Source: Cenarchaeum sp.
GTDB lineage: Archaea; Thermoproteota; Nitrososphaeria; Nitrososphaerales; Nitrosopumilaceae
DNA length: 64,000 nt
Direction of reading: 5' to 3'
NCBI GenBank assembly: GCA_965242695.1
Contig: CBDESU010000001.1
Span: 1,312,001-1,376,000, forward strand
In this document: positions 45,223 to 55,677 of the stretch, in pieces
Layout: the number at the start of each line of letters is the position of its first letter
How positions within the stretch are numbered: the first letter of the stretch is position 1
Notes under the pieces: model-generated
Seen by the model: the letters and a program-made list of their open reading frames with translations, nothing else
The model's database searches: none
What the model was told of the DNA's origin: nothing
Program-made: the position numbers and the translations under genes

Positions 45223-48200
45223 CTACCGCGGCGCCGGCGCGCCGGCGCACTCGGCCGTGTACTCTACGTGCTGGACTAGCCTGGTGGCGTTGACCTGGTC
45301 GTGCCCCGTCAGGTTGATCCTTAGCCACAGCGGCTCGCCCAGGCCGCCGCCAAGCCCCTGCGCCACGGCGGCGGGCAGCTGCGAGTACGCCCCGTCCTCC
45401 CCCGCCTCGCTAGCCACCGTAAGCGAGGCCGGCAGGGACGGGGCGCTCGGTCCGGGCCGCGGCGACGAGGGGTCGATGTACCACGGGGTCGCATCGAGCG
45501 CGACGCGGGCAAACGGCTGCGAGCCAGAGTTGGCCACGTCCTGCCTGGCCGCCTTGGAATGGGCGCCCGGCATCGCATCCACGGCCAGGGTTCCCGCGCC
45601 GAGGCGCAGCGAGCACGTATGGTATACGGGCGGCGGCGTGCCGCGCTCGGAGGCGACCGTGCCGAACCGCGTCAGGTGGTACGTGTAGACGACCAGGTCG
45701 CCGCCTTCAGAGTCGATCCGGCACTCGCCCATGCCGCCGAGCTGGAGGTGCACCCTGCCCGTGTCGTCGGCCGCGCACGCCATGTCGATCGGCTCGATTG
45801 TGCCGTTTGCCCCGCCGTCGATGTAGAACGCGCGGCCGGCGGCCTGGCCCTCGAGTGATATGCGGATGGGCATGTCGAACGAGATGCGGGCGTCCTCGTC
45901 GCCGATCTCGACGACCCTCTGCAGCACGACCGCGCCCGAGCCGCCGTATGCGAGCGCATCCCGTATGCTAGAGTTTGACGGCAGGTCGGTATCGACGGAC
46001 GCGTTGACTACGTGCAGGACGAGCCGCCGGTCGGCCGGCACGGACGTCGCCTCCACTCCGGGCGGGAACGAGACGGATGCGAACGACGTAGTCACTACGG
46101 TGGCGCTGCCGGACGGGAACCGCACCGCTCCGCCGGCAGTCCCGGCGCCAGGCAGCCCCGACACGTCGATCGTAATGCGCGCCTCGTCTCCCCTGCCGGT
46201 AAAGTTTCCCTGGCCGTCGACCCGGTCGGATCCGACGACGAATACGGGCGAGGTCGCGTTGCCGTTGGCGCCGGGGTCCGTCGCGTTGCCGTTGGCGCCG
46301 GGGTCCGTCGCGTTGCCGCCCGGCGTCTCGCCTCCGCCGTTGCCGCCGTTGCCGCCGTTGCCGCCCGGCGTCTCGCCTCCGCCGTTGCCGCCGTTGCCGC
46401 CCGGCGTCTCGCCTCCGCCGTTGCCGCCCGGCGTCTCGCCTCCGCCGTTGCCGCCGTTGCCGCCCGGCGTCTCGCCTCCGCCGTTGCCGCCGTTGCCGCC
46501 CGGCGTCTCGCCTCCGCCGTTGCCGCCGTTGCCGCCCGGCGTCTCGCCTCCGCCGTTGCCGCCCGGCGTCTCGCCTCCGCCGTTGCCGCCCGGCGTCTCG
46601 CCTCCGCCGTTGCCGCCGTTGCCGCCCGGCGTCTCGCCTCCGCCGTTGCCGCCGTTGCCGCCCGGCGTCTCGCCTCCGCCGTTGCCGCCGTTGCCGCCCG
46701 GCGTCTCGCCTCCGCCGTTGCCGCCGTTGCCGCCCGGCGTCTCGCCTCCGCCGTTGCCGCCGTTGCCGCCCGGCGTCTCGCCTCCGCCGTTGCCGCCGTT
46801 GCCGCCCGGCGTCTCGCCTCCGCCGTTGCCGCCGTTGCCGCCCGGCGTCTCGCCTCCGCCGTTGCCGCCGTTGCCGCCCGGCGTCTCGCCTCCGCCGTTG
46901 CCGCCGTTGCCGCCCGGCGTCTCGCCTCCGCCGTTGCCGCCGTTGCCGGTGGCATCTATTGTGATGCCCGATGCGCGCAGTGCATAGGGCGAGTCGGCCG
47001 GCGGCAGCCCGAGTTCCGCGTTGTTGCCGGCCGCGTCTTGCGCCGTCCCTGCAACCAGGGACAGGGCATCCTCGCCTTGGCCGTAGGCCAGCGGATCCGC
47101 GCTGTCGCCGGCATCCACCGCATGGCTGAACACGAGCGTCCGGCCGCGGTCCGACTGCCGCTCGTACCGGGCGGTCGCATCCTCCCCGCCGCCAAGCGCC
47201 AGCCTCAGCGACAGGTCGGCCCCGCTGGACAGGACGACCCGCTCGTCGAAGGCGACTGCGATCCGGATCGTGTCGCCCTCGCGGTACGGGGCTTCCCGGG
47301 GATCCGCATCCGTGACGCTCGCCACGCGCGGCGCGGCCGTGTCGATCCTGATGCCGGCCGTGGCGCCGAGCAGCCCCTGTCCGTCCGGCCGGGGCAGTCC
47401 CAGGTCGGCGCGTCCGGCGGTTCCGTCCGAGTCCCTAATGTCTCCGCCGTTGAGGACCAGGGCGCTGCTGTTGGCATGGCCGAGGCGGTCGGCGGCGTCG
47501 CCGTCGCCTACCGTATAGCGGAACTCGATCTCGGCATCGCCGTCGCTGTCTTCGACGTACGCCGCGCTCCGGGGCGGGTCGGTCGAGAGCCAGAGAAGGG
47601 GCGTGCCCGTCACGTCCACGGCCTCGGTAAAGGCCACGGTGACGTTGATTTTCGAGCCGGCCGCGTACGCGCCGCCCTCATCCGGCGAAAAGACGGACTC
47701 GACGGCCGGCGGCGTGTCTATTGTTATGCCCCGCCCGTGCCCGAGCGATCCCCCCTCGCCGGGGGCGGGCAGCTCCAGGTCGGCCGACACAGAGCCGCCG
47801 CTGCCCCGCGCGCCGGCATCCTCGACGAGGCCGCGCGTCACCAGGGCGCCCGCCCCCGCGTATTCCAGGCCGCCGCCCGCGTTGTCGCCCGGCCGCACCG
47901 TGTAGTTGAACACGAGCCTCGACGTGCCGCTGCCGTCCAGGTATCCGGCGGCCCCTTCGCGGCCGCCAAGGTCGAGCAGCAGGGAGGGGGGCGGATCAGC
48001 GACGGACACCGGCGCGTCGAACCCCACGGTAATGTTGATCGACTGGCCCGCTCCGTACTCGCCGTCCCGCAGCGACGCCGAGGCGTTTTCCACGGATGCG
48101 GGCGAGAGCCGGATCAGCTGGATGTCGTCGCCGCTGGTGCCGTCGGACGAGGTCACCATGGCGTACGTGCGGTTTGCCATGGCGAACACGGCGGTGCCGT

Positions 48201-51200
48201 AGGCGTCCCCGAATGCCGGAAAGTCCGCGGCGGCGGCAGAGCCTGCGGGGAGCGGCGCGCCGTCGTCGCGGAACCGCACCAGCTGGACGCCGTCGTCGTC
48301 GGTGGCCGCCACGGCGGCGAACGTCTGGCCGCCCATCTCAAAGGCGGCGATGCCCTGCGGGTTTGCCAGCCTCAGCCCGCCGGTGTCGACGAGCCGGTGG
48401 TCGGGGCTCGCCTCGGGCGTGCCGTCGTCGCGGATGCGCACCGCCTGGACGCCGTTGTCGCCTCCGCGCGCGGCGACGATGGCGTACGGGCTGCCGCCGA
48501 TCTCGACTGCCTCGATCGCCAGGGGGGCTGCGAGCGCCAGCGAGCCCGTGTCGGCGATCTGGTGGTCGGGGCTCGCCTCGAGCGTGCCGTTGCCGTGTAT
48601 CCGCACCACCTGGACGCCGTTGCCGTCGCGCGCGGCCACGGCGGCGTACGTGCGGTTGCCGATCTCAAAGGCGGCCACGTCGGAGGCGCCGGTGAGCCTC
48701 AGGCCGCTGCCGTCGGTAATCTGGTCGGCCGGCCTGAGCGTGTCGTTGCCCGGGTGCACCTCGAGCAGCTGGACGCCGCTGTCCCAGAGCGCGGCGGCGA
48801 TGACGAACGTGCGGTTGCCGATCCCGAAGGCGTCGACGCCGAGGGCGCCGAAGAGTTCGAGCGTGTTCGAATTGCTGCCGTCGCCGGCGACATTGTCGAC
48901 GAGCGTGAGCGACTCGTTGCCGGGGTGCACCTCGAGCAGCTGGACGCCGTTGTCGTTGAGCGCGGCGACGACTGCGAACGTGCGGTTGCCGATCCCGAAG
49001 GCGTCGACGCCGACGGCGCCTGCCAGCCGGTGGGTGGCGGCGTTGGTGTCTTCTATCTTGTGGGCCGCCTCGAGCGTGCCGTTCTCGTGCACCCGCACCA
49101 GCAGGGCGGCGCTCGGGCTGTACGAGGTGGCGACCGCGTACGTTCGGCCTTCCGCCTCGACGACCGCCGAGTGGCGCGCGCCGGCGAAATCCAGCAGGGT
49201 GTCGGCCGCTGCAGGGGCCGCGGCCGCAATCACCGGCAATGCGGCGCCGATCACCGCGATGTCGCTCCGGCCGGCCAGTGGGCCGTCCGGCCCCGGGGCG
49301 GGCAGCGTCCGGTTGGCCGCGTTGCCCGCCGCATCCCGTATCGCCGCGCCGCCGGCGGCTCCCAGGGACAGGGCGTTCCGGCCCGCATAGTCCAGGTCCG
49401 CCGCCCGATCGCCCGGCTGCACCGCGTACGCGAACGTCAGCTCGGTCGTGCCACTGCCCGAGGCGTACGTGGCGTTCCGGGGCGGATCGGTCGCAAGGCG
49501 CAGCGCGGGAGCCCCCTCGGCGTAGACGGTCTCGTCAAAGGATACGGCGATGTCGACGATGCGACCCGTGGCGTACGCCCCGTCCGCGCTCGGCGATGCG
49601 ATTCCCTCGACCGACGGCGCCCTGGTGTCGATTGTGATGTTCTTCGAGTGCCCGAGCGAGCCCTCGGCGCCCGGGACGGGCAGTACTACGATGGCGTCCG
49701 TGCCGTCGGACTGGTCGCGGACGGACGCGCCGCCGCCCAGGGACAGCCGAGTGCCCGCGTAGTCCAGATCGGACGCGCCGTCGCCGGGCTGCACCGTATA
49801 CCGGAACGTCAGCACGTTCGTGCCGGTGCCCTCAAGGTACGTTGCGTCCTGCGGAGGGTCGGTTGCCAGCGCCAGGCGCGGCACACCCGCGACGTCGACG
49901 GGGACGGTGAACCGGACGTCGATGTCGACGTGGCGGCCGGGCCCGTACGCGCCGTCTGCGTTGGGCGAGGTGACGTTGCGCGGGTACGCCGCCGTCGACG
50001 CGTCGATCCCGATGCCTCGCATGTGGCCGAGCGATCCCACCTCGCCCGGCTCGGGCAAGGACAGGCCCGCGTCCGCGCCCGGCGCCCAGGCCGCATCGAC
50101 TATTCGGCCGCCCGGGGATCCGGCGGCAAGGGCCGTCGTCCTCGCATACTCCAGGGCGGCGGCGCTGTCGCCCGGCTGCACGGTATACGCGAACTCGAGC
50201 AGCCGCGTGCCGTTCCCCGACACATAGTCGGCCGTGCGGTTCCCCCCGTCGAACGCGAGCAACAGGGAGGGGGGAGGCCCCAGGACGTCGACGGGCTTGT
50301 CGAATGCGACTGTAATCGGAATGCGGTAGTACGCAGGGTACGTCCCGTTCTGCAGGGGCGACGATACGGACAGCGCCTCGGCCGGCCGCGTGTCGACTAC
50401 AAGCGGATCCTTGGCCGCAAGCGAGCCTGGCTTGCCGTGTGCCGGCAGGGCCAGGTAGGCATCGGCCCCCTCTATGCCCGTTATGGATCCGCGCGTCGTC
50501 AGGGGCGTGGCCCCCGCGTACCCGATGCCGCCGACTGCAAGGTCACCCGGCCGCACCGTGTAGTTGAAAACGAGCGCATCCGTGTTGTTGCCCACGAGGT
50601 ACGGCGCCGACACGGCGCGCCCGTCAAGCAGGAGCGACAGGGACGGGGCGGAGCCGAGCACCCTGACGGTGCCGTCGAATTCGACCGTGACGTTGACATG
50701 GCATCCGACCCCGCACGTGTCGTCGGCCGACGATGCCGATACGTTGGTGGCGAGCGTGGGCGAGAGCCGGATCATCTGGAGGCCATCCGAATACGCGACC
50801 GCGGCGGCGTACGCTACGCCGCCTAGCTCGAACGCGGCGATGCCGCGGGCGCCGTTGAGCTCGGGAAAGCGCGGGCCGTCGGTGGCCGAGCCTATCCCCT
50901 CGAGCGTGCCGTCGGGGTGGATGCGGATCAGCTGGACGCCGTCGTCGTCGTACGCGGTCACGACGGCGTACGCGGCGCCGCCGAGCTTGAACGTGTCTAC
51001 GTGTGATGCGCCGCCGAGCTCGGGAAAGGCGGCGCCGTCGGTGGCCCAGGAGACCCCCTCGAGCGTGCCGTTCGTATGGATGCGTATGAGCTGGACGCCG
51101 TCGTCGCCTGACGCGGCCACGATCGCGTACGTCTTGTTGTCCATCTCGAAGACGTCGATGCCGCGGGCCCCGTTGAGCTCGGGAAAGGCGGCGCCGTCGC

Positions 51201-53613
51201 CGGCCCGGTAGATCCCCTGGAGCCGGCCGTCCGGGTGGATGCGGATCAGGTGGACGCCGTTGCCGCTAGACAGGGCCACCACAGCGTGCGCCGTGCCGTT
51301 CAGCTCGAACGCGTCGATGCCCCGCGGGCCGTAGAGCTCGCCGAATCCAGGGCCCGCGCCAACCGTGGAGTTTTTCACAAGGGTACCGTTCGGAAGAATG
51401 TTGATCAGGTTCACGTTGTTGAAGGGATGGACGGTCAGGATGCCGAACGTCTTGTTGTCCATCTCGAACGTGTCGGCATCGTACACGCTCCTGGCATCGG
51501 GTCTCGACGTTGACCAGTAGGTCACGCCGCCGCCCGGCGACATGGTACCGGCGCCGCTCCCGTTTATGCGAACCAGCTGGATGCCATAATCATTCCACGA
51601 TGCCGCGAGGGCATGCATGGTGCCGTTCATCTCGAACGCGTGGACGTTTTTGACCGCGTCGAGCAGCGGAATGCCGAACCGCCAGACGTTTTCCATTGAC
51701 CCCGACCTTTCCAGGGTGTTGCCGTCGCGTATGCGGACCAGCTGCAGCCCGTCGCCGTCTTCCTCACCGACTAGTGCAAACGTCTTGTTGCCTGCCTCGA
51801 ATACGTCGACGCCGTACGGGCCAATGAGACCGTAGGCGCCGGCCGGCGCCGGCGCGGCCGGCGAGAGGACGGCCCCCGGGGCGCCGGCAATCGAGATGCT
51901 CCTTGACGCGGACAGTGAGCCCGGGGCGCCTGGCCGCCACAGATCCATGTCCACGGCCGCGCCTCCTTGCACGGCCGAGATCGACCCGCCGTCCGGCACG
52001 ACAAGGGACGCCGTGTCGTTGTAGTCGAGGACGGCCGCCGTGTCGCCCGGCTGCACCGTATACCAGAACTCTAGCGCATCGGTGCCGCTCCCGCCCCTGT
52101 ACAGCGCGTATCGAATCGGATCCGTCCCAAGCTTGAGGCGCGGCTCGCCGGCTACTGCGACGGGATCCGTAAAGTTCAGCGTGACGGCGACGATCTGCCC
52201 CGTGCGGTACGTCTCGTTCGTGTCGGGGGATGCCGCGAACCGCACGAACGGCCCGGCCGTCTTGACCAGGATGTCTGCCGAATGGCCGAGCGAGCCCTCT
52301 TCGCCCGGCTCGGGCAGGACAAGGTCGGCGTCGTTGCCCGCCTCGTCCCTTATCGTCCCGCCGTCAAGGCGTAGCGCCGCCGCGCTTGTATAGTCGAGGT
52401 CGGCGGCCCGGTCGCCCTGCGCCACCGTGTAGTCGAACGCGAGCGTGGTAGTGCCGTTACCAGAGGCGTATGTTATGTTGCGGCTTGCGCCCACGCCGGT
52501 CGCAAGCTCGAGCAGGGGCGTCCCCGTGACTTGGACGACCTCGTTGAATAGGACCGTGACGTTGACGTACGAACCGGCGCCGTGCGTGCCGTTCGCGCTC
52601 GTCGAGGAGACCGACAGGACGGACGGGCCCACGATATCCCCAAGCCGGACGGGCACAGTGCGCCCAATCGATCCGGATGCAGACAGCGTCAGGTTGGCGG
52701 TGTTTCCGGCAAGGTCGGTCAGGCTGCCGGCCGTCGTGAGTGCCATCGTTCCGTCGTAGTCCGCGTCCGCCGAGTCGTCGCCGCTCTGCACTAGGTAGGA
52801 GAACGTGAGCCTGTTCGTATTGTTTCCCGATGCGTAGCCGGCGCTGCGTGTCTCCCCTCCTCCCAGGCTGAGCCGTAGCACCGGCGCGGCGCCCGAGTAG
52901 ACGACCGTCTCGCCAAAGTTAACGTCGAATTCGACGGTCTCGCCGTAGCCGTACCCGTCGGAGGGATCGACGGTGACGTTGGACACGCGCGGCGCGATGC
53001 CGTCAACGCGTATGTCGCTCTGGTTGGACAGCGAGCCGGCCGTCCCGGGGCCGGGGCTCGGAAGGCGGCAGTTTATGTATAGGCTGTCGGGGTTGGTCAA
53101 GCTGTCGTAGGTGAATGGTGCACTGTTTGCTGCAAGATGATCGACAGTCGTGTACCACGCATCCCTCGAATGGTAGTCCAGATCGCCCGACTCGTCGCCG
53201 GCCTGCACGGTGTATTGGTAGTGAATTACACGACGGTTACTCGAGTGGGAAGTGGATTCGGCAAACCGATCCTCTGTCCCGGTCTCGAGCTTGATGCGGG
53301 TGTGCGTCCCTGCGATATGTTTGTTGGTGTCGTCGTTCTCGATGGGCCTGCTGACCGTAATGTCAATGCCTATGGTGTCGTCGATCTTGTACAGGCCGTC
53401 GGGCGAGGTGAACCGGATCGACGCGGTAGTGCCGCCCGAGTGTATGGCGCATTGCCTTACTTCGCCCATCGCGGCAACGGAGTGGGCGTGGGCCGCGGGC
53501 ACCGGCTCGGCGGCCGCTACGGCGAGCGCGGCCGCTGCTACGGCGAGCGCGGCAACGGCGGCCAGGCGCAGGGCACGGCGGCGTCCGGATCGCGCGCTGG
53601 ACGGGACCTTCAC
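45223..53613 (-). CDS. Giant secreted surface protein (2796 aa) with Ig-like repeats, beta-propeller repeats, Gly/Asn linker and C-terminal domain
   Basis: Signal peptide ..AAHA, repeated YxSGxGTxxLxFxYTVQPGD..LDY units, DGVQLIRI propeller repeats, (GGNGGNGGGETP)n. Confidence 0.9.
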   Translation of the reverse strand: MKVPSSARSGRRRALRLAAVAALAVAAAALAVAAAEPVPAAHAHSVAAMGEVRQCAIHSGGTTASIRFTSPDGLYKIDDTIGIDITVSRPIENDDTNKHIAGTHTRIKLETGTEDRFAESTSHSSNRRVIHYQYTVQAGDESGDLDYHSRDAWYTTVDHLAANSAPFTYDSLTNPDSLYINCRLPSPGPGTAGSLSNQSDIRVDGIAPRVSNVTVDPSDGYGYGETVEFDVNFGETVVYSGAAPVLRLSLGGGETRSAGYASGNNTNRLTFSYLVQSGDDSADADYDGTMALTTAGSLTDLAGNTANLTLSASGSIGRTVPVRLGDIVGPSVLSVSSTSANGTHGAGSYVNVTVLFNEVVQVTGTPLLELATGVGASRNITYASGNGTTTLAFDYTVAQGDRAADLDYTSAAALRLDGGTIRDEAGNDADLVLPEPGEEGSLGHSADILVKTAGPFVRFAASPDTNETYRTGQIVAVTLNFTDPVAVAGEPRLKLGTDPIRYALYRGGSGTDALEFWYTVQPGDTAAVLDYNDTASLVVPDGGSISAVQGGAAVDMDLWRPGAPGSLSASRSISIAGAPGAVLSPAAPAPAGAYGLIGPYGVDVFEAGNKTFALVGEEDGDGLQLVRIRDGNTLERSGSMENVWRFGIPLLDAVKNVHAFEMNGTMHALAASWNDYGIQLVRINGSGAGTMSPGGGVTYWSTSRPDARSVYDADTFEMDNKTFGILTVHPFNNVNLINILPNGTLVKNSTVGAGPGFGELYGPRGIDAFELNGTAHAVVALSSGNGVHLIRIHPDGRLQGIYRAGDGAAFPELNGARGIDVFEMDNKTYAIVAASGDDGVQLIRIHTNGTLEGVSWATDGAAFPELGGASHVDTFKLGGAAYAVVTAYDDDGVQLIRIHPDGTLEGIGSATDGPRFPELNGARGIAAFELGGVAYAAAVAYSDGLQMIRLSPTLATNVSASSADDTCGVGCHVNVTVEFDGTVRVLGSAPSLSLLLDGRAVSAPYLVGNNTDALVFNYTVRPGDLAVGGIGYAGATPLTTRGSITGIEGADAYLALPAHGKPGSLAAKDPLVVDTRPAEALSVSSPLQNGTYPAYYRIPITVAFDKPVDVLGPPPSLLLAFDGGNRTADYVSGNGTRLLEFAYTVQPGDSAAALEYARTTALAAGSPGGRIVDAAWAPGADAGLSLPEPGEVGSLGHMRGIGIDASTAAYPRNVTSPNADGAYGPGRHVDIDVRFTVPVDVAGVPRLALATDPPQDATYLEGTGTNVLTFRYTVQPGDGASDLDYAGTRLSLGGGASVRDQSDGTDAIVVLPVPGAEGSLGHSKNITIDTRAPSVEGIASPSADGAYATGRIVDIAVSFDETVYAEGAPALRLATDPPRNATYASGSGTTELTFAYAVQPGDRAADLDYAGRNALSLGAAGGAAIRDAAGNAANRTLPAPGPDGPLAGRSDIAVIGAALPVIAAAAPAAADTLLDFAGARHSAVVEAEGRTYAVATSYSPSAALLVRVHENGTLEAAHKIEDTNAATHRLAGAVGVDAFGIGNRTFAVVAALNDNGVQLLEVHPGNESLTLVDNVAGDGSNSNTLELFGALGVDAFGIGNRTFVIAAALWDSGVQLLEVHPGNDTLRPADQITDGSGLRLTGASDVAAFEIGNRTYAAVAARDGNGVQVVRIHGNGTLEASPDHQIADTGSLALAAPLAIEAVEIGGSPYAIVAARGGDNGVQAVRIRDDGTPEASPDHRLVDTGGLRLANPQGIAAFEMGGQTFAAVAATDDDGVQLVRFRDDGAPLPAGSAAAADFPAFGDAYGTAVFAMANRTYAMVTSSDGTSGDDIQLIRLSPASVENASASLRDGEYGAGQSINITVGFDAPVSVADPPPSLLLDLGGREGAAGYLDGSGTSRLVFNYTVRPGDNAGGGLEYAGAGALVTRGLVEDAGARGSGGSVSADLELPAPGEGGSLGHGRGITIDTPPAVESVFSPDEGGAYAAGSKINVTVAFTEAVDVTGTPLLWLSTDPPRSAAYVEDSDGDAEIEFRYTVGDGDAADRLGHANSSALVLNGGDIRDSDGTAGRADLGLPRPDGQGLLGATAGIRIDTAAPRVASVTDADPREAPYREGDTIRIAVAFDERVVLSSGADLSLRLALGGGEDATARYERQSDRGRTLVFSHAVDAGDSADPLAYGQGEDALSLVAGTAQDAAGNNAELGLPPADSPYALRASGITIDATGNGGNGGGETPGGNGGNGGGETPGGNGGNGGGETPGGNGGNGGGETPGGNGGNGGGETPGGNGGNGGGETPGGNGGNGGGETPGGNGGNGGGETPGGNGGNGGGETPGGNGGNGGGETPGGNGGGETPGGNGGGETPGGNGGNGGGETPGGNGGNGGGETPGGNGGNGGGETPGGNGGGETPGGNGGNGGGETPGGNGGNGGNGGGETPGGNATDPGANGNATDPGANGNATSPVFVVGSDRVDGQGNFTGRGDEARITIDVSGLPGAGTAGGAVRFPSGSATVVTTSFASVSFPPGVEATSVPADRRLVLHVVNASVDTDLPSNSSIRDALAYGGSGAVVLQRVVEIGDEDARISFDMPIRISLEGQAAGRAFYIDGGANGTIEPIDMACAADDTGRVHLQLGGMGECRIDSEGGDLVVYTYHLTRFGTVASERGTPPPVYHTCSLRLGAGTLAVDAMPGAHSKAARQDVANSGSQPFARVALDATPWYIDPSSPRPGPSAPSLPASLTVASEAGEDGAYSQLPAAVAQGLGGGLGEPLWLRINLTGHDQVNATRLVQHVEYTAECAGAPAPR
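46312..46948. repeat. 36/27-bp coding minisatellite (GGNGG[NGG]GETP)
   Basis: Tandem gccgttgccgcccggcgtctcgcctcc units of variable length. Confidence 0.95.
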
Positions 53614-53838
53614 ACCCCCCCCCCCCTAAGGCCCCGCCGCGGCCGGCGCCCCCTCGGCGCCGCCCCGTGTCGTACGTTTTGCATTTGTCTCCGCTCGCTC
53701 GCCCCCCCCCCCCCTACGTGCCTATAAAAGAATGGCGGGCGCGGCAACTTCGCCGCGGGATCCCACCAAGAGGCCCGCGCCCGGCTAGGGCCGGCCGGCG
53801 CGCAGGGTATTTAGCGGGGCCATAGGCGCCGCGCGCGC

Positions 53839-55197
53839 ATGGACTGGGGCCTCAAGAGGCGCATGGCAGACATCGTCCGGCCGCCCGGCGGGCGGGCCGT
53901 CATGCTAGCCGTCGACCACGGCTACTTTCTGGGCCCCACCGAGCGGCTAGAGAACCCGGCCAGGGCCGTCCGGCCGCTCGTGCAGCACTGCGACTCGCTC
54001 ATGCTCACGCGCGGCGTGCTGCGGGCGTGCGTCAACCCCAACTCGCGCGTGCCCGTCGTGCTGCGCGTGTCCGGCGGGCCGTCGATCATCGGCGAGGACC
54101 TGTCCGACGAGCAGATCACGGTCGGCATACGCGACGCGCTCAGGCTCGGGGCGAGCGCCCTTGCAATGTCCGTGTTCGTCGGGGCAAGGCACGAGCGGCA
54201 GACGGTAGTAAACCTCGGCAGGCTCGTCGACGAGGCAGAAGAGTACGGCGTCCCCGTCCTGGCCGTCACGGCGGTCGGCAAGGACATGGCCCGCGACGCG
54301 AGGTACCTCTCGCTCGCATGCAGGATGGCAGCCGAGCAGGGCGCCCGGATAGTAAAGACCTACTACTGCGAGGGGTTCGAGAAGGTCGTAGAGTCGTGCC
54401 CCGTCCCCGTCATCATTGCCGGCGGGAAGAAGATCGGCGAGCGCGGCGCGCTCGAGCTTACGGCGAACGCCGTGGCGGCGGGGGCCGTCGGCGTCGACAT
54501 GGGCCGCAACATTTGGCAGTCGGACCATCCGGTGGCCATGATAAGGGCCGTAAGGTCGATCGTCCACGAAAAGCGCACGGCAGCCGAGGCGCACTCGCTG
54601 TACGGGCAGCTTGCAAGGCAGGAGGGGGGCCGCGGCGGAGGCGGCGCAGGGGCGCAGGCTGGGCGCCCGCAAAAGGGCGGAACAGGAAGCCGCCCACAGG
54701 GGCAGCGGCAGGGCAGGCCGCAGCAGAGGGGCGGAAGCCAGGCGCAGGGCAGGCCGCAGGGCCAGGGCCAGCAGCAGGGCAGGCCGCAGGGCCAGGGCCA
54801 GCAGCAGGGCAGGCCGCAGGGCCAGGGCCAGCAGCAGGGCAGGCCGCAGGGCCAGGGCCAGCAGTCCGGCGCCCAGAAGGATCGTATGCAGAGCAGCCAG
54901 GGCGGCGGGCAAAAGGATCAGGCCAGTGAAAATGGGCAAAAGGATCAGCCGGGCCAGGGCGGCGGGCAAAAGGATCAGGCCAGTGAAAATGGGCAAAAGG
55001 ATCAGCCGGGCCAGGGCGGCGGGCAAAAGGATCAGGCCAGTGAAAATGGGCAAAAGGGCGGCAGCGAGGCGGCGCCGGCGGATGCTGGCAGGGCCGCAGG
55101 GCAGGAGCAGGGCGCCGGTGAGAGTCAGGGCAGGAACGACGGCGCAGGCGGCGCAGGCAACGCCGGCGGCAATGGCGAAGGCAGCCCGCAGCCCTAG
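53839..55197 (+). CDS. lsrF: LsrF-like thiolase / class I aldolase with Gln/Gly-rich repeat tail
   Basis: MDWGLK, LAVDHGYFLGPT, IVKTYYC, IAGGKK, DMGRNIWQS; TATTTA box upstream. Confidence 0.85.
   Translation: MDWGLKRRMADIVRPPGGRAVMLAVDHGYFLGPTERLENPARAVRPLVQHCDSLMLTRGVLRACVNPNSRVPVVLRVSGGPSIIGEDLSDEQITVGIRDALRLGASALAMSVFVGARHERQTVVNLGRLVDEAEEYGVPVLAVTAVGKDMARDARYLSLACRMAAEQGARIVKTYYCEGFEKVVESCPVPVIIAGGKKIGERGALELTANAVAAGAVGVDMGRNIWQSDHPVAMIRAVRSIVHEKRTAAEAHSLYGQLARQEGGRGGGGAGAQAGRPQKGGTGSRPQGQRQGRPQQRGGSQAQGRPQGQGQQQGRPQGQGQQQGRPQGQGQQQGRPQGQGQQSGAQKDRMQSSQGGGQKDQASENGQKDQPGQGGGQKDQASENGQKDQPGQGGGQKDQASENGQKGGSEAAPADAGRAAGQEQGAGESQGRNDGAGGAGNAGGNGEGSPQP
54744..55058. repeat. 30-bp (about x4) and 60-bp (about x3) coding repeats in the LsrF tail
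   Basis: GRPQGQGQQQ and GGGQKDQASENGQKDQPGQ units. Confidence 0.85.
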
Positions 55198-55607
55198 TCG
55201 GACGGAACCTGCGACATGTGCATGTGCAGTATGCGCCACCGCCCGCCGCCCCTGACAAGGACGAACGTGGCCCTGCCCGTAAACGTGACGTGCTTTCCGG
55301 TGAACGCCTTGTTGTCGACGAGCATGCCCGTCTGGACGAGCCCGAACGCGGCCACGGCGGCGTCCCCGACCACGCTCACCTTTGGCGCCTCGATGCGGTA
55401 GTCGTAGTCGGATATGCTCACGAACCGCAGCTCCTCTAGGGCCACCGTGGTCGCATAGTCCTTTAGGTCGTACGGCGGCACGTCGCCAAAGCTGGAAAAC
55501 TCGGGGCCCTCGACCTGGAGGCCGCGCAGCGCGGCAAGGTCCTTTGTCCTGCCCACCTCGAAGAACCTGCGCACCGTGCCGAGCACGGCATCCTCGTCGG
55601 CGCCCAT
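55194..55607 (-). CDS. NTF2/SnoaL-like protein
   Basis: GDAAVAAF..GRATFVLVR..WRILHMHMS. Confidence 0.85.
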   Translation of the reverse strand: MGADEDAVLGTVRRFFEVGRTKDLAALRGLQVEGPEFSSFGDVPPYDLKDYATTVALEELRFVSISDYDYRIEAPKVSVVGDAAVAAFGLVQTGMLVDNKAFTGKHVTFTGRATFVLVRGGGRWRILHMHMSQVPSD

Positions 55608-55677
55608 GGCGATCGCCCCGCGCGGCGCGTTAAAAACGTGCGGCGGTTCGCGCCGGCGGCCGGGCGCGGCCCGTCGC

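Noticed and set aside
45860-50826. Long plus-strand ORFs (375 aa and 1604 aa)
   Set aside because: Antisense shadows of the giant GC-rich gene; no recognisable motifs
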